From Anaerolineae bacterium (GTDB lineage Bacteria; Chloroflexota; Anaerolineae; Aggregatilineales; J027): a stretch of 64,000 nt of DNA. The notes under the pieces are model-generated. The model was given only the letters and a program-made list of their open reading frames with translations. It was not told the DNA's origin and did no database searches. Location: contig JAJTXY010000011.1 in the NCBI GenBank assembly GCA_021463865.1, positions 1,761 through 65,760 on the forward strand. Reading direction: 5' to 3'. The position numbers and the translations under genes are program-made. Of the stretch, positions 1-8,885 are shown one piece after another. The number at the start of each line of letters is the position of its first letter. Position 1 is the stretch's first letter.

Positions 1-469
1 ACTTGATCGTGTCCTCATTCAGCCCGCGATTAAACAGATAATCCCGCGCTCTCCGACCCCGATCTCCCCACAGCGTCTTTTCCCCGACGGCGATAATCTC
101 CCGCGCCTCACTCTGCCAGAGACTATCCGGTGGCTCTCCTTTCGCTCCCCCTCTACTATTGGAGAGGGGGCCGGGGGGTGAGGTTCTTTGGATTGATTGC
201 CCATGTGGATTCAACCGCTCCACCGCCTCCCGATACTCCAACCCGTGAAATTTCATCACCCACCCAACCGCATCCCACCCCTGATTGCACGCACCAAAAC
301 ACCGCACGCCATCCTCCCACACCACCAATGAGTATCCTTTGCTCTCATTGTGCAGCGGACACTTATAGATATTATTCTTCTGGCTGTGATGATGGGGCGG
401 CCCCAAATCCGCCTCCACCACCTGCCGACAATCCAACCCCTTGATCCAATCAAACGCCTGCCTAGTCAT
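1..469 (-). CDS. DNA primase-like protein, N-terminal CHC2 zinc-finger part (partial, runs off left edge)
   Basis: Manual translation from ATG 469..467 is open to position 1. It reads MTRQAFDWIKGLD...YKCPLHNESKGYSLVVWEDGVRCFGACNQGWDAVGWVMKF...ARDYLFNRGLNEDTIK. The CPxHxE...CFGxC pattern resembles the DnaG/phage primase zinc finger. The ORF is absent from the ORF track because it has no stop in the window. Confidence 0.6.
   Translation of the reverse strand, partial: MTRQAFDWIKGLDCRQVVEADLGPPHHHSQKNNIYKCPLHNESKGYSLVVWEDGVRCFGACNQGWDAVGWVMKFHGLEYREAVERLNPHGQSIQRTSPPGPLSNSRGGAKGEPPDSLWQSEAREIIAVGEKTLWGDRGRRARDYLFNRGLNEDTIK
145..186. repeat. GC-rich palindromic repeat, copy 1 (CCCCCTCT-N8-AGAGGGGG followed by GGGGGGTGAGG)
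   Basis: Inverted repeat seen directly. It shares its architecture with copies at 4508, 8407 and 57151. It lies in-frame in the primase ORF, translated ...SPPGPLSNSRGGAKGE... Confidence 0.6.
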
Positions 470-474
470 CACCA

Positions 475-894
475 TCACATACCCCCATCTTTCAGCTTCT
501 CCAATACCCGCCGAAATTTGAGAAATGCCCGTGCCAATTCCTTATGCCCGTTAATCGTCCCACGCACATCCATCCACACCCCCGGCGAAAGCACTGGCGC
601 GATAGCTTCCACGTGGTCATATTTGGCGACCAAAGCCTCTGCACTGTCCAGCGGGATATTCATCGCCACAATCGCCACTGCCTCAATCATTTCTTTGGCC
701 CCCATCTCATCAACCGTCAGCCCTTCCCACGAGGCCAGCGCGAAATCTTCTTTGCTGATGTGCCGAATCTCATTCCCGACCTGCACCATGTACACCGGGC
801 CCGGTTTGTTCATCATGAACCCCGGCAGGATGGAGACGACAAACGCCTCCTCCCCCGTCTTTAGCTGATACTTCTGTCCGCCACGAATCTCCAT
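475..894 (-). CDS. hypothetical protein (139 aa)
   Basis: ORF with protein-like composition in the operon orientation. Its stop lies 5 nt before the primase ATG. Confidence 0.5.
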   Translation of the reverse strand: MEIRGGQKYQLKTGEEAFVVSILPGFMMNKPGPVYMVQVGNEIRHISKEDFALASWEGLTVDEMGAKEMIEAVAIVAMNIPLDSAEALVAKYDHVEAIAPVLSPGVWMDVRGTINGHKELARAFLKFRRVLEKLKDGGM

Positions 895-1005
895 TATCAG
901 AATGACCTTTCTTTGAATCCTAATCCTCTAACCCACGCGCGGCATCTTCGATGTTCCCGATCTTCTCTTCGACCATCTTAGTCACTTCGATAGTCCTCTC
1001 GTCCC

Positions 1006-1461
1006 CTACCAACCGAGCCACTTGCAGCATTCCCCCGCTGCCGCTACGTTTTCCAGAATGGCGATCTTTGCCCGCAGGCTGCCATTGGGTTTCCCTTTCG
1101 GTGTAATGGGGGAGGTAATAGTCGCCTTCGACCCATTACCATTGGACGGCTTTTCTTCTGGCAAGGTGAGATCGTAACTATCTCGAATCTCAAACTGCCA
1201 ATCGGCACTCCGCTTTCGTCCCCCACCCGGTTTGCGTCCCGGCTTTGGCCCCGGTTTCCGCTCTGTCCCAATTAGCTCAATCAATTCGCCCTCGGTGCAT
1301 TCCAGTGCATCTGCCAAAGCCTCAATATGTTTCGTGGGCCGTGTGCCTGAAATCCACTGCGTAACCTGCCCCGAACCCACGCCAATCTTCTTCGCCAGTT
1401 GGTTCTGATTCATGTCCAATTCCGCCAACCGGTCTTTGATGAATTCTCCTAATGCGCTCAT
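1006..1461 (-). CDS. XRE-family helix-turn-helix DNA-binding protein
   Basis: MSALGEFIKDRLAELDMNQNQLAKKIGVGSGQVTQWISGTRP is a typical Cro/C1 HTH. I chose the internal ATG at 1461, which overlaps the upstream stop (TGATG). The C-terminus is basic and Gly/Pro-rich. Confidence 0.7.
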   Translation of the reverse strand: MSALGEFIKDRLAELDMNQNQLAKKIGVGSGQVTQWISGTRPTKHIEALADALECTEGELIELIGTERKPGPKPGRKPGGGRKRSADWQFEIRDSYDLTLPEEKPSNGNGSKATITSPITPKGKPNGSLRAKIAILENVAAAGECCKWLGW

Positions 1462-2003
1462 CACTTCCCCTCCAACCGGATAATCCCCGGCGTGCCATGC
1501 ACCAATTCCCGCGCAATCGTGTTTAACATCACCATCGCGGCGACGGCGGGTTGATTGGCCGGATGCCCCACGATGTAACACACCACACAATAGACCGTCT
1601 TGCCTTCATGCAGCGGGATATTCACCTCCGCCCATTCCGACTCAAAATCTTCCGCGTCCAAATGCTCGACCTTCACCCCCTGCTCATTGAAGGTCACGCG
1701 CCGATACAATTCGATATAGGCCGGTTGATTCAATAGCAGCCGCCTCTTAGCTTCCTCGGCTTCCTCCAAAATGATGGTTTCAACTTCCGCCGTATCTTCT
1801 AAATCATCCGACCATGAATCATCGGCCCAGCCCACGATGCGCGGATCATCATTCACCTGCACATTCACCGCGATTCCCTTCCACAGATAGCCCCCGCACC
1901 GAGGACATTCCGGCGCTTCCGGCACTTCATCCAACGACACGACCTCGACGGCACATTTCGCACCGCAGTGTTCGCATGTCTTTTCAATAATCTCAGTCAC
2001 CAC
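1461..2003 (-). CDS. zinc-ribbon protein (hypothetical)
   Basis: N-terminal CEHCGAKC...CPRCGG forms two CxxC pairs. The gene sits in the operon. Confidence 0.5.
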   Translation of the reverse strand: MVTEIIEKTCEHCGAKCAVEVVSLDEVPEAPECPRCGGYLWKGIAVNVQVNDDPRIVGWADDSWSDDLEDTAEVETIILEEAEEAKRRLLLNQPAYIELYRRVTFNEQGVKVEHLDAEDFESEWAEVNIPLHEGKTVYCVVCYIVGHPANQPAVAAMVMLNTIARELVHGTPGIIRLEGK

Positions 2004-2516
2004 TCACGCTCCTAAACTCAATAGATCTAAAATCCGATTGGAAAAGTCCTGTTGTAAGTCGCATTCTGTCAACACAAGCACCTTCATCCGCCGGGCCAGC
2101 GCCTTGACTTTCTGGCGGTCCCGCTCTGCATGAAACTGGTGTGCATAGAATCCATTGACCTCAATCGCCAACTCCCGCCCATGATGGGAGACGTGGAAAT
2201 CCACCAGATACACCTTGCCGCCGCGAACCTTGAACCACCATTCGCGCTGATAATAAAGTCCAAGCTCGTCCAACTTCTGGGCCACCAGCTGCTCCAAATT
2301 CGAGGGGTTGGCCCACCGATATTTTTGCATCTGCTGGACGGCGATCTTCTCTCCATACTTAGCTTTCGTCGCTGCCCATCCTTTCGGCGCAATGTTCCGG
2401 TTATGACACACCTTGCAAGTCTTAGACCGTCGTGCATTGCTTGGATGAACCAATCGCACTTGGCCGCATTGGGAGCAGATGACTTCTACTTTTTGGCCTT
2501 TTTTAGAACCAGCCAT
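2004..2516 (-). CDS. PD-(D/E)xK-type endonuclease-like protein (DUF559/Vsr-like) with N-terminal Cys4 motif
   Basis: The C-terminus YLVDFHV...LAIEVNGFYAH...ERDRQK resembles the D...E-x-N/K core of DUF559/Vsr nucleases. CSQCG...CKVCH is N-terminal. Start chosen at MAGSKKGQ. Confidence 0.45.
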   Translation of the reverse strand: MAGSKKGQKVEVICSQCGQVRLVHPSNARRSKTCKVCHNRNIAPKGWAATKAKYGEKIAVQQMQKYRWANPSNLEQLVAQKLDELGLYYQREWWFKVRGGKVYLVDFHVSHHGRELAIEVNGFYAHQFHAERDRQKVKALARRMKVLVLTECDLQQDFSNRILDLLSLGA

Positions 2517-2533
2517 CCGAAATTTTTCTCCAA

Positions 2534-2609
2534 TTCCGTCAGTGCTTTTGACACATGACACTTGACGAAATTTCCGTCAGTTGTCAAAACCACTGACACT
2601 TTTTTCGAT
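2534..2609. repeat. Two tandem 38-bp direct repeats (TTCCGTCAGT-N11-xTGACACTT), iteron/operator-like
   Basis: TTCCGTCAGT occurs at 2534 and 2572, and (A/C)TGACACTT at 2555 and 2593, exactly 38 nt apart. The repeats lie in the only sizeable intergenic gap inside the module. Confidence 0.6.
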
Positions 2610-2611
2610 TT

Positions 2612-4210
2612 TTAAATCAGCCGATACCGATATTTCCCGTTGCCAAATTCCTCGCCGGTGATAACTTGATCCATCAGCAGCGCATTAATCGCCGCCTTTG
2701 CATCCTGCCGGGGAATAGAGGTGCCTCGATAAATATCCCGTTCCGTCTGTGGCATCGCCGCACTACGCAGGAAATCAAGTATCCGGTCTTCATTCCGAAT
2801 GTCCCGATTCCGTCCAAGCTCCGTAATCAACCGGTGGGCTGATTCCCGCCACCGCTCGACCACCTGTTGAGCCAGCGCCCAATGCCCAATCTTGACCCGC
2901 ACATTTTTGTTGTCGTTATTTAAGATCCAATCCGTCGCGGCGATCTGGATTGCGACCTTCAGCACCATGACAGCAAACCGTCCATAGTTCCCGCGCATCC
3001 GTTCATCCAATCCCGAATCTGGTGCCGTGAATTGGTGCATCGCTTCAGCATACGCATTGAATCGTCGAATTACTTCCGGCTCTGCGCTTGCCGAAATCGC
3101 GTGCAATTCACCCGCTGGTGAGTCACCATCATCCAGCGCTTCGAGTGGTCGCGGATGTGGCAGCCGGCGATCCAAGTCTTGCAGGATAGAGAGAACCGAT
3201 GTGGGTGGGTCAAAGTGAACATCTTGCCTGCCGCTCGGTTGCCAGTGGATAACCTCATTCTCTGGTGTGCAGAGCGCGAAGCGTGCAAACAGTCCATCTT
3301 CCCATTCGCTCCCATTGGTCAGTCCTGCGAGCCGAGCCGGGGTTGTGGCGCCGAGGATGCTCAGATACGCCTGCCGAACGACCAGCTTCCCCATGCCGAG
3401 CACGGCCCGTTCATACACGTCCGGTGCATCATAGAAATTCATGACCACTTCCGCGAACCCCTTCATGTAATCCTTTTGGGAAAACAAAGTGGAGGCCTCG
3501 TCTACCACAATCCCCCGCTGCGCCGCATACGCCCGTCCTTTGTCCTCAATCGTCTTTTGGAAGGGTGATAAATCTTCGTAGTTGCTAACCGAGTTCCCTG
3601 CCATCTGCGAGAGAATCATTTCTGGCGTCGCCTGTGCTGCGAGTAGCAGGTGTGAAGCTGCTGACCGTGCCAGCGTCTCAACTGCCCTTAGCCCGGTGGA
3701 TTTTTTGTAATACGTCGTCGGGGCCACCCACAACACATAGAGGTTTGGATAGATGTCGGCAAAGTCCAATCGTAGGCTGATCCGCCGTGCAATCGTCAAC
3801 CCCAGCGCCCACAGTCCCCCCGATTCGAGGAAGATCGGGCTGGTCATGCTGGCCCGCTGCTTGGCCCATTCCATGTATCGGTGAAGCCACCAACCGCACT
3901 TCTCCGCCGCGACCAAATCCTCCTCATTCAGCTTGCAGGTTTCTGGCAGCGCTGGTACATGGATATGCTTTTTCTGGATCACCGGCACGGGCGGGGGGTC
4001 TTGTGGGTTAATCTCAAAAATCCGCCCCACGAACGAATCTCCCCACAACTGCCGGATCGCCTCAATCCGTTCTCGAAGCAAATCTTGATTTCCCCCGATC
4101 TGCTCCAAAATCATTCGCACAAAGGGATGGACGGGGAGGTCATCGGTTGGCATCCCCACCAGCGCCCGTGCCAGTGCATACGCCTCCGTCTGCCCTGCGA
4201 TAAGTGTCAT
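2612..4210 (-). CDS. large replication-associated protein (possibly DUF3987/primase-associated helicase-like)
   Basis: 532-aa ORF sitting between the partition and nuclease genes. The family assignment is from memory of DUF3987-type proteins only. No clear Walker A motif was seen. Confidence 0.4.
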   Translation of the reverse strand: MTLIAGQTEAYALARALVGMPTDDLPVHPFVRMILEQIGGNQDLLRERIEAIRQLWGDSFVGRIFEINPQDPPPVPVIQKKHIHVPALPETCKLNEEDLVAAEKCGWWLHRYMEWAKQRASMTSPIFLESGGLWALGLTIARRISLRLDFADIYPNLYVLWVAPTTYYKKSTGLRAVETLARSAASHLLLAAQATPEMILSQMAGNSVSNYEDLSPFQKTIEDKGRAYAAQRGIVVDEASTLFSQKDYMKGFAEVVMNFYDAPDVYERAVLGMGKLVVRQAYLSILGATTPARLAGLTNGSEWEDGLFARFALCTPENEVIHWQPSGRQDVHFDPPTSVLSILQDLDRRLPHPRPLEALDDGDSPAGELHAISASAEPEVIRRFNAYAEAMHQFTAPDSGLDERMRGNYGRFAVMVLKVAIQIAATDWILNNDNKNVRVKIGHWALAQQVVERWRESAHRLITELGRNRDIRNEDRILDFLRSAAMPQTERDIYRGTSIPRQDAKAAINALLMDQVITGEEFGNGKYRYRLI

Positions 4211-5817
4211 TCTGACACCTCACGTTTTTTTGTCTTGTGTTCCGTATCAAACTCGATTGCGGTGTCTTCTGCCAACGCCAGCGCCTCTGCCACTGCCTCT
4301 TCCACCTTGCTGTGCCACGTCATAAAATTAGGCAGCCCATAACCATGTGTCGTGACCCACCGCCAAACCTCATCTTTTGTCAACCGTGTAAAGTCTCGGA
4401 TGAGCATCAGCGTGTCCTTATCAAACAATGGATCTGTGCTTTTGACTGGCCGCTCCCAGTCCCGTCCATCATACGGATCATCTTCTTCCTCGATGTCCGG
4501 CGTTTGATTCCCCTCTCCACTGAGTGTGGAGGGGGCAGGGGTGGGGATGTTCTGCGCGGTTGGTTTCGCAGGCGCTTCGGCTAGAACCAATTCATTCTCT
4601 GCGTAACGGCCCGCCTTCAGTACCACTTCGTAATACCACTGGCCGTCCTTTGCATTCCAATTCCGCACACGCGAAATCCGATCTTGCAAACCCCGTGCCA
4701 AAACATAATCCCCGACCTTGAATCGTGGTTGCGTCTGTGGAACACCTCGGTTGCTCGGATACTCAGGTCGATCTCCCATCGGATACAAACCCGCTGCTTG
4801 TGCCCGCTGCTCACCCGGCCCGCCAGCCGCACCAGAATCGCCTCCATTGGCTTTTGCTTCATCCTGTGTGCTAGATGACTCATCATCCGATACCGTCCAG
4901 TTCTGGACGGTATAGCTCGGCGGACGGATGAAATTTAAGACGGTGGTTAACTTCCAATTGCCATCATCCGCCTTCTCCCATGTCCGCAAATCAAGCCGCA
5001 AAAGACTCCGATATTCCCGTAACCGACTGGGGTTTTGTTCCCCCATCGCATTCATCAACTGCCCACCCTTGCCGCGCGGAATCCTCCACTGGTCGCCATC
5101 TGCCACCTGTGCATAAAACGCCTGATCGGTTTCGCACTCCTCATAGGCTTTCCATTCCACATCCGGGTACAGTTGCATCAGCAGTAGCGCGAATTGCCGG
5201 GCCTTCCCAATCGCATTGAGGCTAGACCGCTGATTGTTCTCCGTCGCCTGCCCCCATACGTCGTACTCCCCAACCTTCGCCGCGATCTTCTCCCACCGTC
5301 CATCCCCATAGAAATATTCCAGCAGATGAAACGCCAACCACCGCCGCTCCCCGGTCTCGATCTTGTACGTATCGCCGACCCGGTACACCGTGATGGGGTT
5401 CTTCAGCTTGTCCCGTTTGATGGATGCCGCCAGTTGGGTCGTCTGCATCAGGTTGTAGTAAACCGGAAAGTGCTCCGCCTCCAATTCACTCCCATCCTGA
5501 CCTTCCCCCTCTGCCTCAAGCAGCTTCTCCAGTGGAAAGGTCTCCTCGGTCTCCTCTTTGGCGATCCGCAGCCACGCGCCGAATAATTGCATCATGTCCG
5601 CCAGATTTGACGATCTCCACAACTTCCGAACCGCTGTCGGCATCGTCCGTCGCGGCTGACGAAAATCCGGCTGAATCATCTCAATCGAGATCGCCTCGAT
5701 AGTTAGCTTGTCAGAATTTATTTTCGACCAGTCCAATCCCGACAATTCACCATACGTCGCGGCATCCACTTCCGCCGGGTCCGCCCCAAAATTGAAACTG
5801 CCTCGTTTTTTTGCCAT
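4207..5817 (-). CDS. ParB/Srx-fold (ParB-like nuclease domain) protein
   Basis: The N-terminus IEMIQPDFRQPRR...NPITVYRVGDTYKIETGERRWLAFHLL matches ParB N-terminal domain motifs. The gene directly follows ParA with an overlapping stop/start. Confidence 0.7.
   Translation of the reverse strand: MAKKRGSFNFGADPAEVDAATYGELSGLDWSKINSDKLTIEAISIEMIQPDFRQPRRTMPTAVRKLWRSSNLADMMQLFGAWLRIAKEETEETFPLEKLLEAEGEGQDGSELEAEHFPVYYNLMQTTQLAASIKRDKLKNPITVYRVGDTYKIETGERRWLAFHLLEYFYGDGRWEKIAAKVGEYDVWGQATENNQRSSLNAIGKARQFALLLMQLYPDVEWKAYEECETDQAFYAQVADGDQWRIPRGKGGQLMNAMGEQNPSRLREYRSLLRLDLRTWEKADDGNWKLTTVLNFIRPPSYTVQNWTVSDDESSSTQDEAKANGGDSGAAGGPGEQRAQAAGLYPMGDRPEYPSNRGVPQTQPRFKVGDYVLARGLQDRISRVRNWNAKDGQWYYEVVLKAGRYAENELVLAEAPAKPTAQNIPTPAPSTLSGEGNQTPDIEEEDDPYDGRDWERPVKSTDPLFDKDTLMLIRDFTRLTKDEVWRWVTTHGYGLPNFMTWHSKVEEAVAEALALAEDTAIEFDTEHKTKKREVSE
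4508..4551. repeat. GC-rich palindromic repeat, copy 2
   Basis: ttcccctctccactgagtgtggagggggcaggggtggggatgtt is nearly identical to copy 3. It lies in-frame in the ParB-like CDS, translated NIPTPAPSTLSGEGNQ. Confidence 0.7.
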
Positions 5818-6605
5818 TACCGAGCCATCTCCATTTCCGCTTCAAATCGTTCAACAAACCCTGCCCAATCCTTCGCCGCCTGTGAGCTCGGCGCATATGT
5901 CCAGATCGGTTCTTGCACTTGTGCCGCTGACGGCCAATCGGTGGAGAGGTTGATCGGCGCCCACACCAGATCACCAAATTGATCCTCCAGAGCCGTGAGG
6001 TTATCTGCATGATTGCGTGTGCCTGCCCGGTACATCATCGGCAAGATTCCCAGTTCGCGGATCATTTGACCCCCTGCATGAGACCGCCGACCATTCGCCT
6101 CTTTAACGTGTTTCATCGTCTCCATCAGGCTATCCAGCGAGTTATATTCCAACTCAGTCAGATAGATCACCCAGTCCGCCGCCATCAAAATCGCACTGTG
6201 CAAAAGTGATGGGGTGGGTGGGGTATCAATCACCACCTGATGAATCACCTGTGCCAATTGCCGCAGCCGGGTATCCAGCATCCACACGTCTGCCATCATC
6301 AGCGGGATGCCGCGTGTCTCAACATTGCTAGGCACGCAGTACAGATTTCCCCCACCGCCATACACCTCTGGGGCCACCTGTCGCAGCACCTTTTTCCACT
6401 GCCCGTCTTCCTCGTCTGCCCGGATCAGCAGGTTATAGAGACCAGCTTGTTTGGGCAGCCGCATGGCCCGTGTCGCGTGCCCCTGTGGATCGGCATCCAC
6501 TACCAGCGCACTTTGACCCGCCGAGGCCAACCACATGGCTAAATGGGTAGAGATCGTCGTTTTTCCGATCCCGCCCTTCTCACCAATTCCTACGCCTACT
6601 TTCAT
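5817..6605 (-). CDS. parA: ParA/Soj-family partition ATPase
   Basis: Deviant Walker A GEKGGIGKTT, plus ALVVDADPQGHAT. Confidence 0.9.
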   Translation of the reverse strand: MKVGVGIGEKGGIGKTTISTHLAMWLASAGQSALVVDADPQGHATRAMRLPKQAGLYNLLIRADEEDGQWKKVLRQVAPEVYGGGGNLYCVPSNVETRGIPLMMADVWMLDTRLRQLAQVIHQVVIDTPPTPSLLHSAILMAADWVIYLTELEYNSLDSLMETMKHVKEANGRRSHAGGQMIRELGILPMMYRAGTRNHADNLTALEDQFGDLVWAPINLSTDWPSAAQVQEPIWTYAPSSQAAKDWAGFVERFEAEMEMAR

Positions 6606-6715
6606 GACAAATCTCCTATTCGATTTTTATGCGCTTCCAACGCTTTTTTGATATGATTAAGATGCCAATCCGGAAGGGTTTGGTAGGATACCGGAGCTAA
6701 CCCCTCCGGTTGTCT

Positions 6716-6976
6716 TCAACTATTTTTGTTGCGTGTCTTTCCAAACGGCTCCAAGCACCGTGCGACATCTTCCATCAGGCCTTGCGCCACCCGATTAAGT
6801 TCGATCACTCCGTTGATGACCGGGGTATCGGCTACTTCTTCGGCCTGTGCATACAGCGTCTGGGCCTGCACCACAATTAAGTCCATCTTTGCCGCCAGTT
6901 CGACCAGCGCCATCGGGTTATTCCGCGTCTTCTTCGCCATCTTCCCCGTCCTCACCTTCGTCTGGCCGCATCCCAT
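6716..6976 (-). CDS. hypothetical small protein (start uncertain)
   Basis: ORF in operon orientation. Possible starts are at 6940 or 6913. Confidence 0.35.
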   Translation of the reverse strand: MGCGQTKVRTGKMAKKTRNNPMALVELAAKMDLIVVQAQTLYAQAEEVADTPVINGVIELNRVAQGLMEDVARCLEPFGKTRNKNS

Positions 6977-7610
6977 AAAAATCCGGGTCAGCCTTCGCCA
7001 TGAGTTCCTTCAGTTTCAGATAGACCGCTTCCATGATGTCCACATTCTGCTTGGTAATCCGCAGCGGATTTGGGATCGTGTTGTATTCACTCAGTCGCAG
7101 GATCAAAAACGCCGTGTCATACACGTCCGGCACCGCCGCGTTATCCACCAACAGCCCGAAAACGGAGGCCAAGTTCTCAACAAAATCATCACCAGCGACG
7201 TTTTCTGCCCAGCTTTCATATAGATAGGTGCTGAGTGTCTCTTCAATGTCCTCCACCGCTGCCAAAACTTGGGGGTTGTCGGTATCCATCCAATCTTCCA
7301 GCGCCTCAACAATTTCTTCAGCCTTTTGTTCGGCCAATTGCTGAAGCGAAATCGCCTCGTCTCGTTGTTCCAGCGCTGCCGCAACCATCATCCGGCCATC
7401 CTCAATGACCTGTACAAATTTCTCTTCGATGGCGCCCACCATCTCGATAGACAAAATGTAGGCATCCTCGTCCGGCATCTGATCCGAGATGACGGCTTTG
7501 AGGTTATCCAACAACGTCCCGACCACTGCCGGCAGATTACTTTGGGTCTCTTGGGGCTGCTCGTCCGTCTGAATATTAGGCTGCTCACTCACCTTGCACC
7601 GCCTTCTCAA
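6918..7610 (-). CDS. hypothetical acidic protein (start possibly GTG 7592)
   Basis: Highly acidic ORF. GTGAGTGA overlaps the upstream stop. Confidence 0.45.
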   Translation of the reverse strand: MRRRCKVSEQPNIQTDEQPQETQSNLPAVVGTLLDNLKAVISDQMPDEDAYILSIEMVGAIEEKFVQVIEDGRMMVAAALEQRDEAISLQQLAEQKAEEIVEALEDWMDTDNPQVLAAVEDIEETLSTYLYESWAENVAGDDFVENLASVFGLLVDNAAVPDVYDTAFLILRLSEYNTIPNPLRITKQNVDIMEAVYLKLKELMAKADPDFYGMRPDEGEDGEDGEEDAE

Positions 7611-8100
7611 GCATCTTGGTCAATTCGCGGATCGCCGTCTCTTCATCCAGTTCCATATTCAGAATCTGATTGAAAAGCGTGTCCCATTCTTTGGAACTCT
7701 CGCCCGTCATTTCGGCGAAGGTCTCCGCCAGATCATTGATCGTCATGTCCGCAGCTTCGGCAAATAACTCCGCCGGATACTGCTCTTCATAGTAGGCCAG
7801 CATCCCGTTCGCGTCGTCGAGCTTCTGGGCCACATAGCCAAGCTCGTCCGCGATCTTGTCTCGCTGCTCTTCCATTTCGAGCGCATAGGCCACCGCTTCA
7901 TCCCGTTGTTCAAGGATGTCGCGCATAAATTCCGCCGCTTCTTGGCTGAATTCTGCAACGGCCACCTCCGCACTCTCGACGATGGAGATCGCCACATCCA
8001 GCGCCTCTCCCCTCATCTGCGACGCTAAAAACTGCTTCAGCGTCTCCGTCTGTGTGACGACCAGCGCCAGTTTGTCGTGCTGATCCACTCCTACATTCAC
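7585..8100 (-). CDS. hypothetical acidic coiled-coil-like protein
   Basis: ORF in the operon with a 4-nt overlap with the upstream gene. Confidence 0.45.
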   Translation of the reverse strand: MNVGVDQHDKLALVVTQTETLKQFLASQMRGEALDVAISIVESAEVAVAEFSQEAAEFMRDILEQRDEAVAYALEMEEQRDKIADELGYVAQKLDDANGMLAYYEEQYPAELFAEAADMTINDLAETFAEMTGESSKEWDTLFNQILNMELDEETAIRELTKMLEKAVQGE

Positions 8101-8885
8101 TGTGCAACCTTCTCCTTCTGCTGTTGCCTACGCTCCGCCTTCCGTGTTTCATACCGCTGGCGAAGCTCCAGATTTGCGTTATCAATCGCCTGCTGGGTTC
8201 GTGCTTCTAGGTCTTCTGCTTCTGCCTCCTTAAATCGGGTTGCTTGGACGATCTCAAAACAAGCCGGGTCGCCCGGCGGAATAATCAAAATCCTGCCCTT
8301 GCCATCCGGATCAAACGCCTTCGACACCCCCCCCGGCGCATTCTTTTCGATTGCGGTTGCCTTCCGAGAAACGAATTTCTGTCGGTCTGAATTGGCGGGC
8401 TTTTCATTCCCCTCTCCACTCAGTGGGGAGGGGTTAGGGGTGGGGATGTTTTCCGGCTTCGGCTCCGGCTTGGGTTGCGGATACGGCACACCAATACCGG
8501 GTATGGGATTCGGCGGCGATGATGGGCAGTTCGGATCAGTCACATATCCCGCTGCCTGCAATTTCTCAATCTCCGCCTTGGCCTTGGGGTCAATGTGTCC
8601 CTTGCTGGCCCGCCGACGTGCCACCCGTATTTCTGCCAATGCCTGTGCTTCTTCGCGCTGGGCATCCGTAACCGTCGTCGCCTTGTACATCACATCCGCA
8701 AACGCCGCCCCGTCCAACCGAGGTTTGGGTGCAGGCCTCGCCGCGACCATTTCCGGCGCTGGGGGCAGATAATTGCCAAACAACTTCATGGCAGCCGCGA
8801 ACCCGGCCTCATATCCCGCCGTGAACCCAACGCCGAACCCAGCATCAAAACTGGGTTTATAAACAACTTCTCGCCCTGTATTCAT
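8097..8885 (-). CDS. hypothetical protein with Pro-rich linker (first gene of module)
   Basis: 262-aa ORF with RBS GAGAGGA before its ATG. It contains repeat copy 3. Confidence 0.5.
   Translation of the reverse strand: MNTGREVVYKPSFDAGFGVGFTAGYEAGFAAAMKLFGNYLPPAPEMVAARPAPKPRLDGAAFADVMYKATTVTDAQREEAQALAEIRVARRRASKGHIDPKAKAEIEKLQAAGYVTDPNCPSSPPNPIPGIGVPYPQPKPEPKPENIPTPNPSPLSGEGNEKPANSDRQKFVSRKATAIEKNAPGGVSKAFDPDGKGRILIIPPGDPACFEIVQATRFKEAEAEDLEARTQQAIDNANLELRQRYETRKAERRQQQKEKVAQ
8407..8450. repeat. GC-rich palindromic repeat, copy 3
   Basis: ttcccctctccactcagtggggaggggttaggggtggggatgtt. It lies in-frame, translated NIPTPNPSPLSGEGNE. Confidence 0.7.

Larger units (their letters stand above)
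1..8885 (-). mobile_element. Plasmid/phage-like replication-partition gene module (integrated element or prophage remnant); left end outside window
   Basis: Twelve co-oriented minus-strand ORFs, many with overlapping stop/start codons. They encode primase Zn-finger, XRE HTH, nuclease, ParB-like and ParA products. Housekeeping genes on the other strand begin at 9082. No integrase or att repeat is visible. Confidence 0.55.

Noticed and set aside
130-868. Pro-rich plus-strand ORFs (130..444 and 350..868) and minus ORFs 19..204 and 256..453
   Set aside because: They overlap the primase-like frame, which has a clear CHC2 zinc finger and is open to the window edge, and the 139-aa gene. Their translations are low-complexity.
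2534-2609. CRISPR-like array
   Set aside because: There are only two imperfect 38-bp repeats with no unique spacers between them, and no cas genes are in the window.
8077-8772. 231-aa plus-strand ORF
   Set aside because: It is antisense to the 262-aa minus-strand ORF that fits the operon. Its product is Ser/Cys/Arg-rich with low-complexity stretches. It is a shadow ORF.
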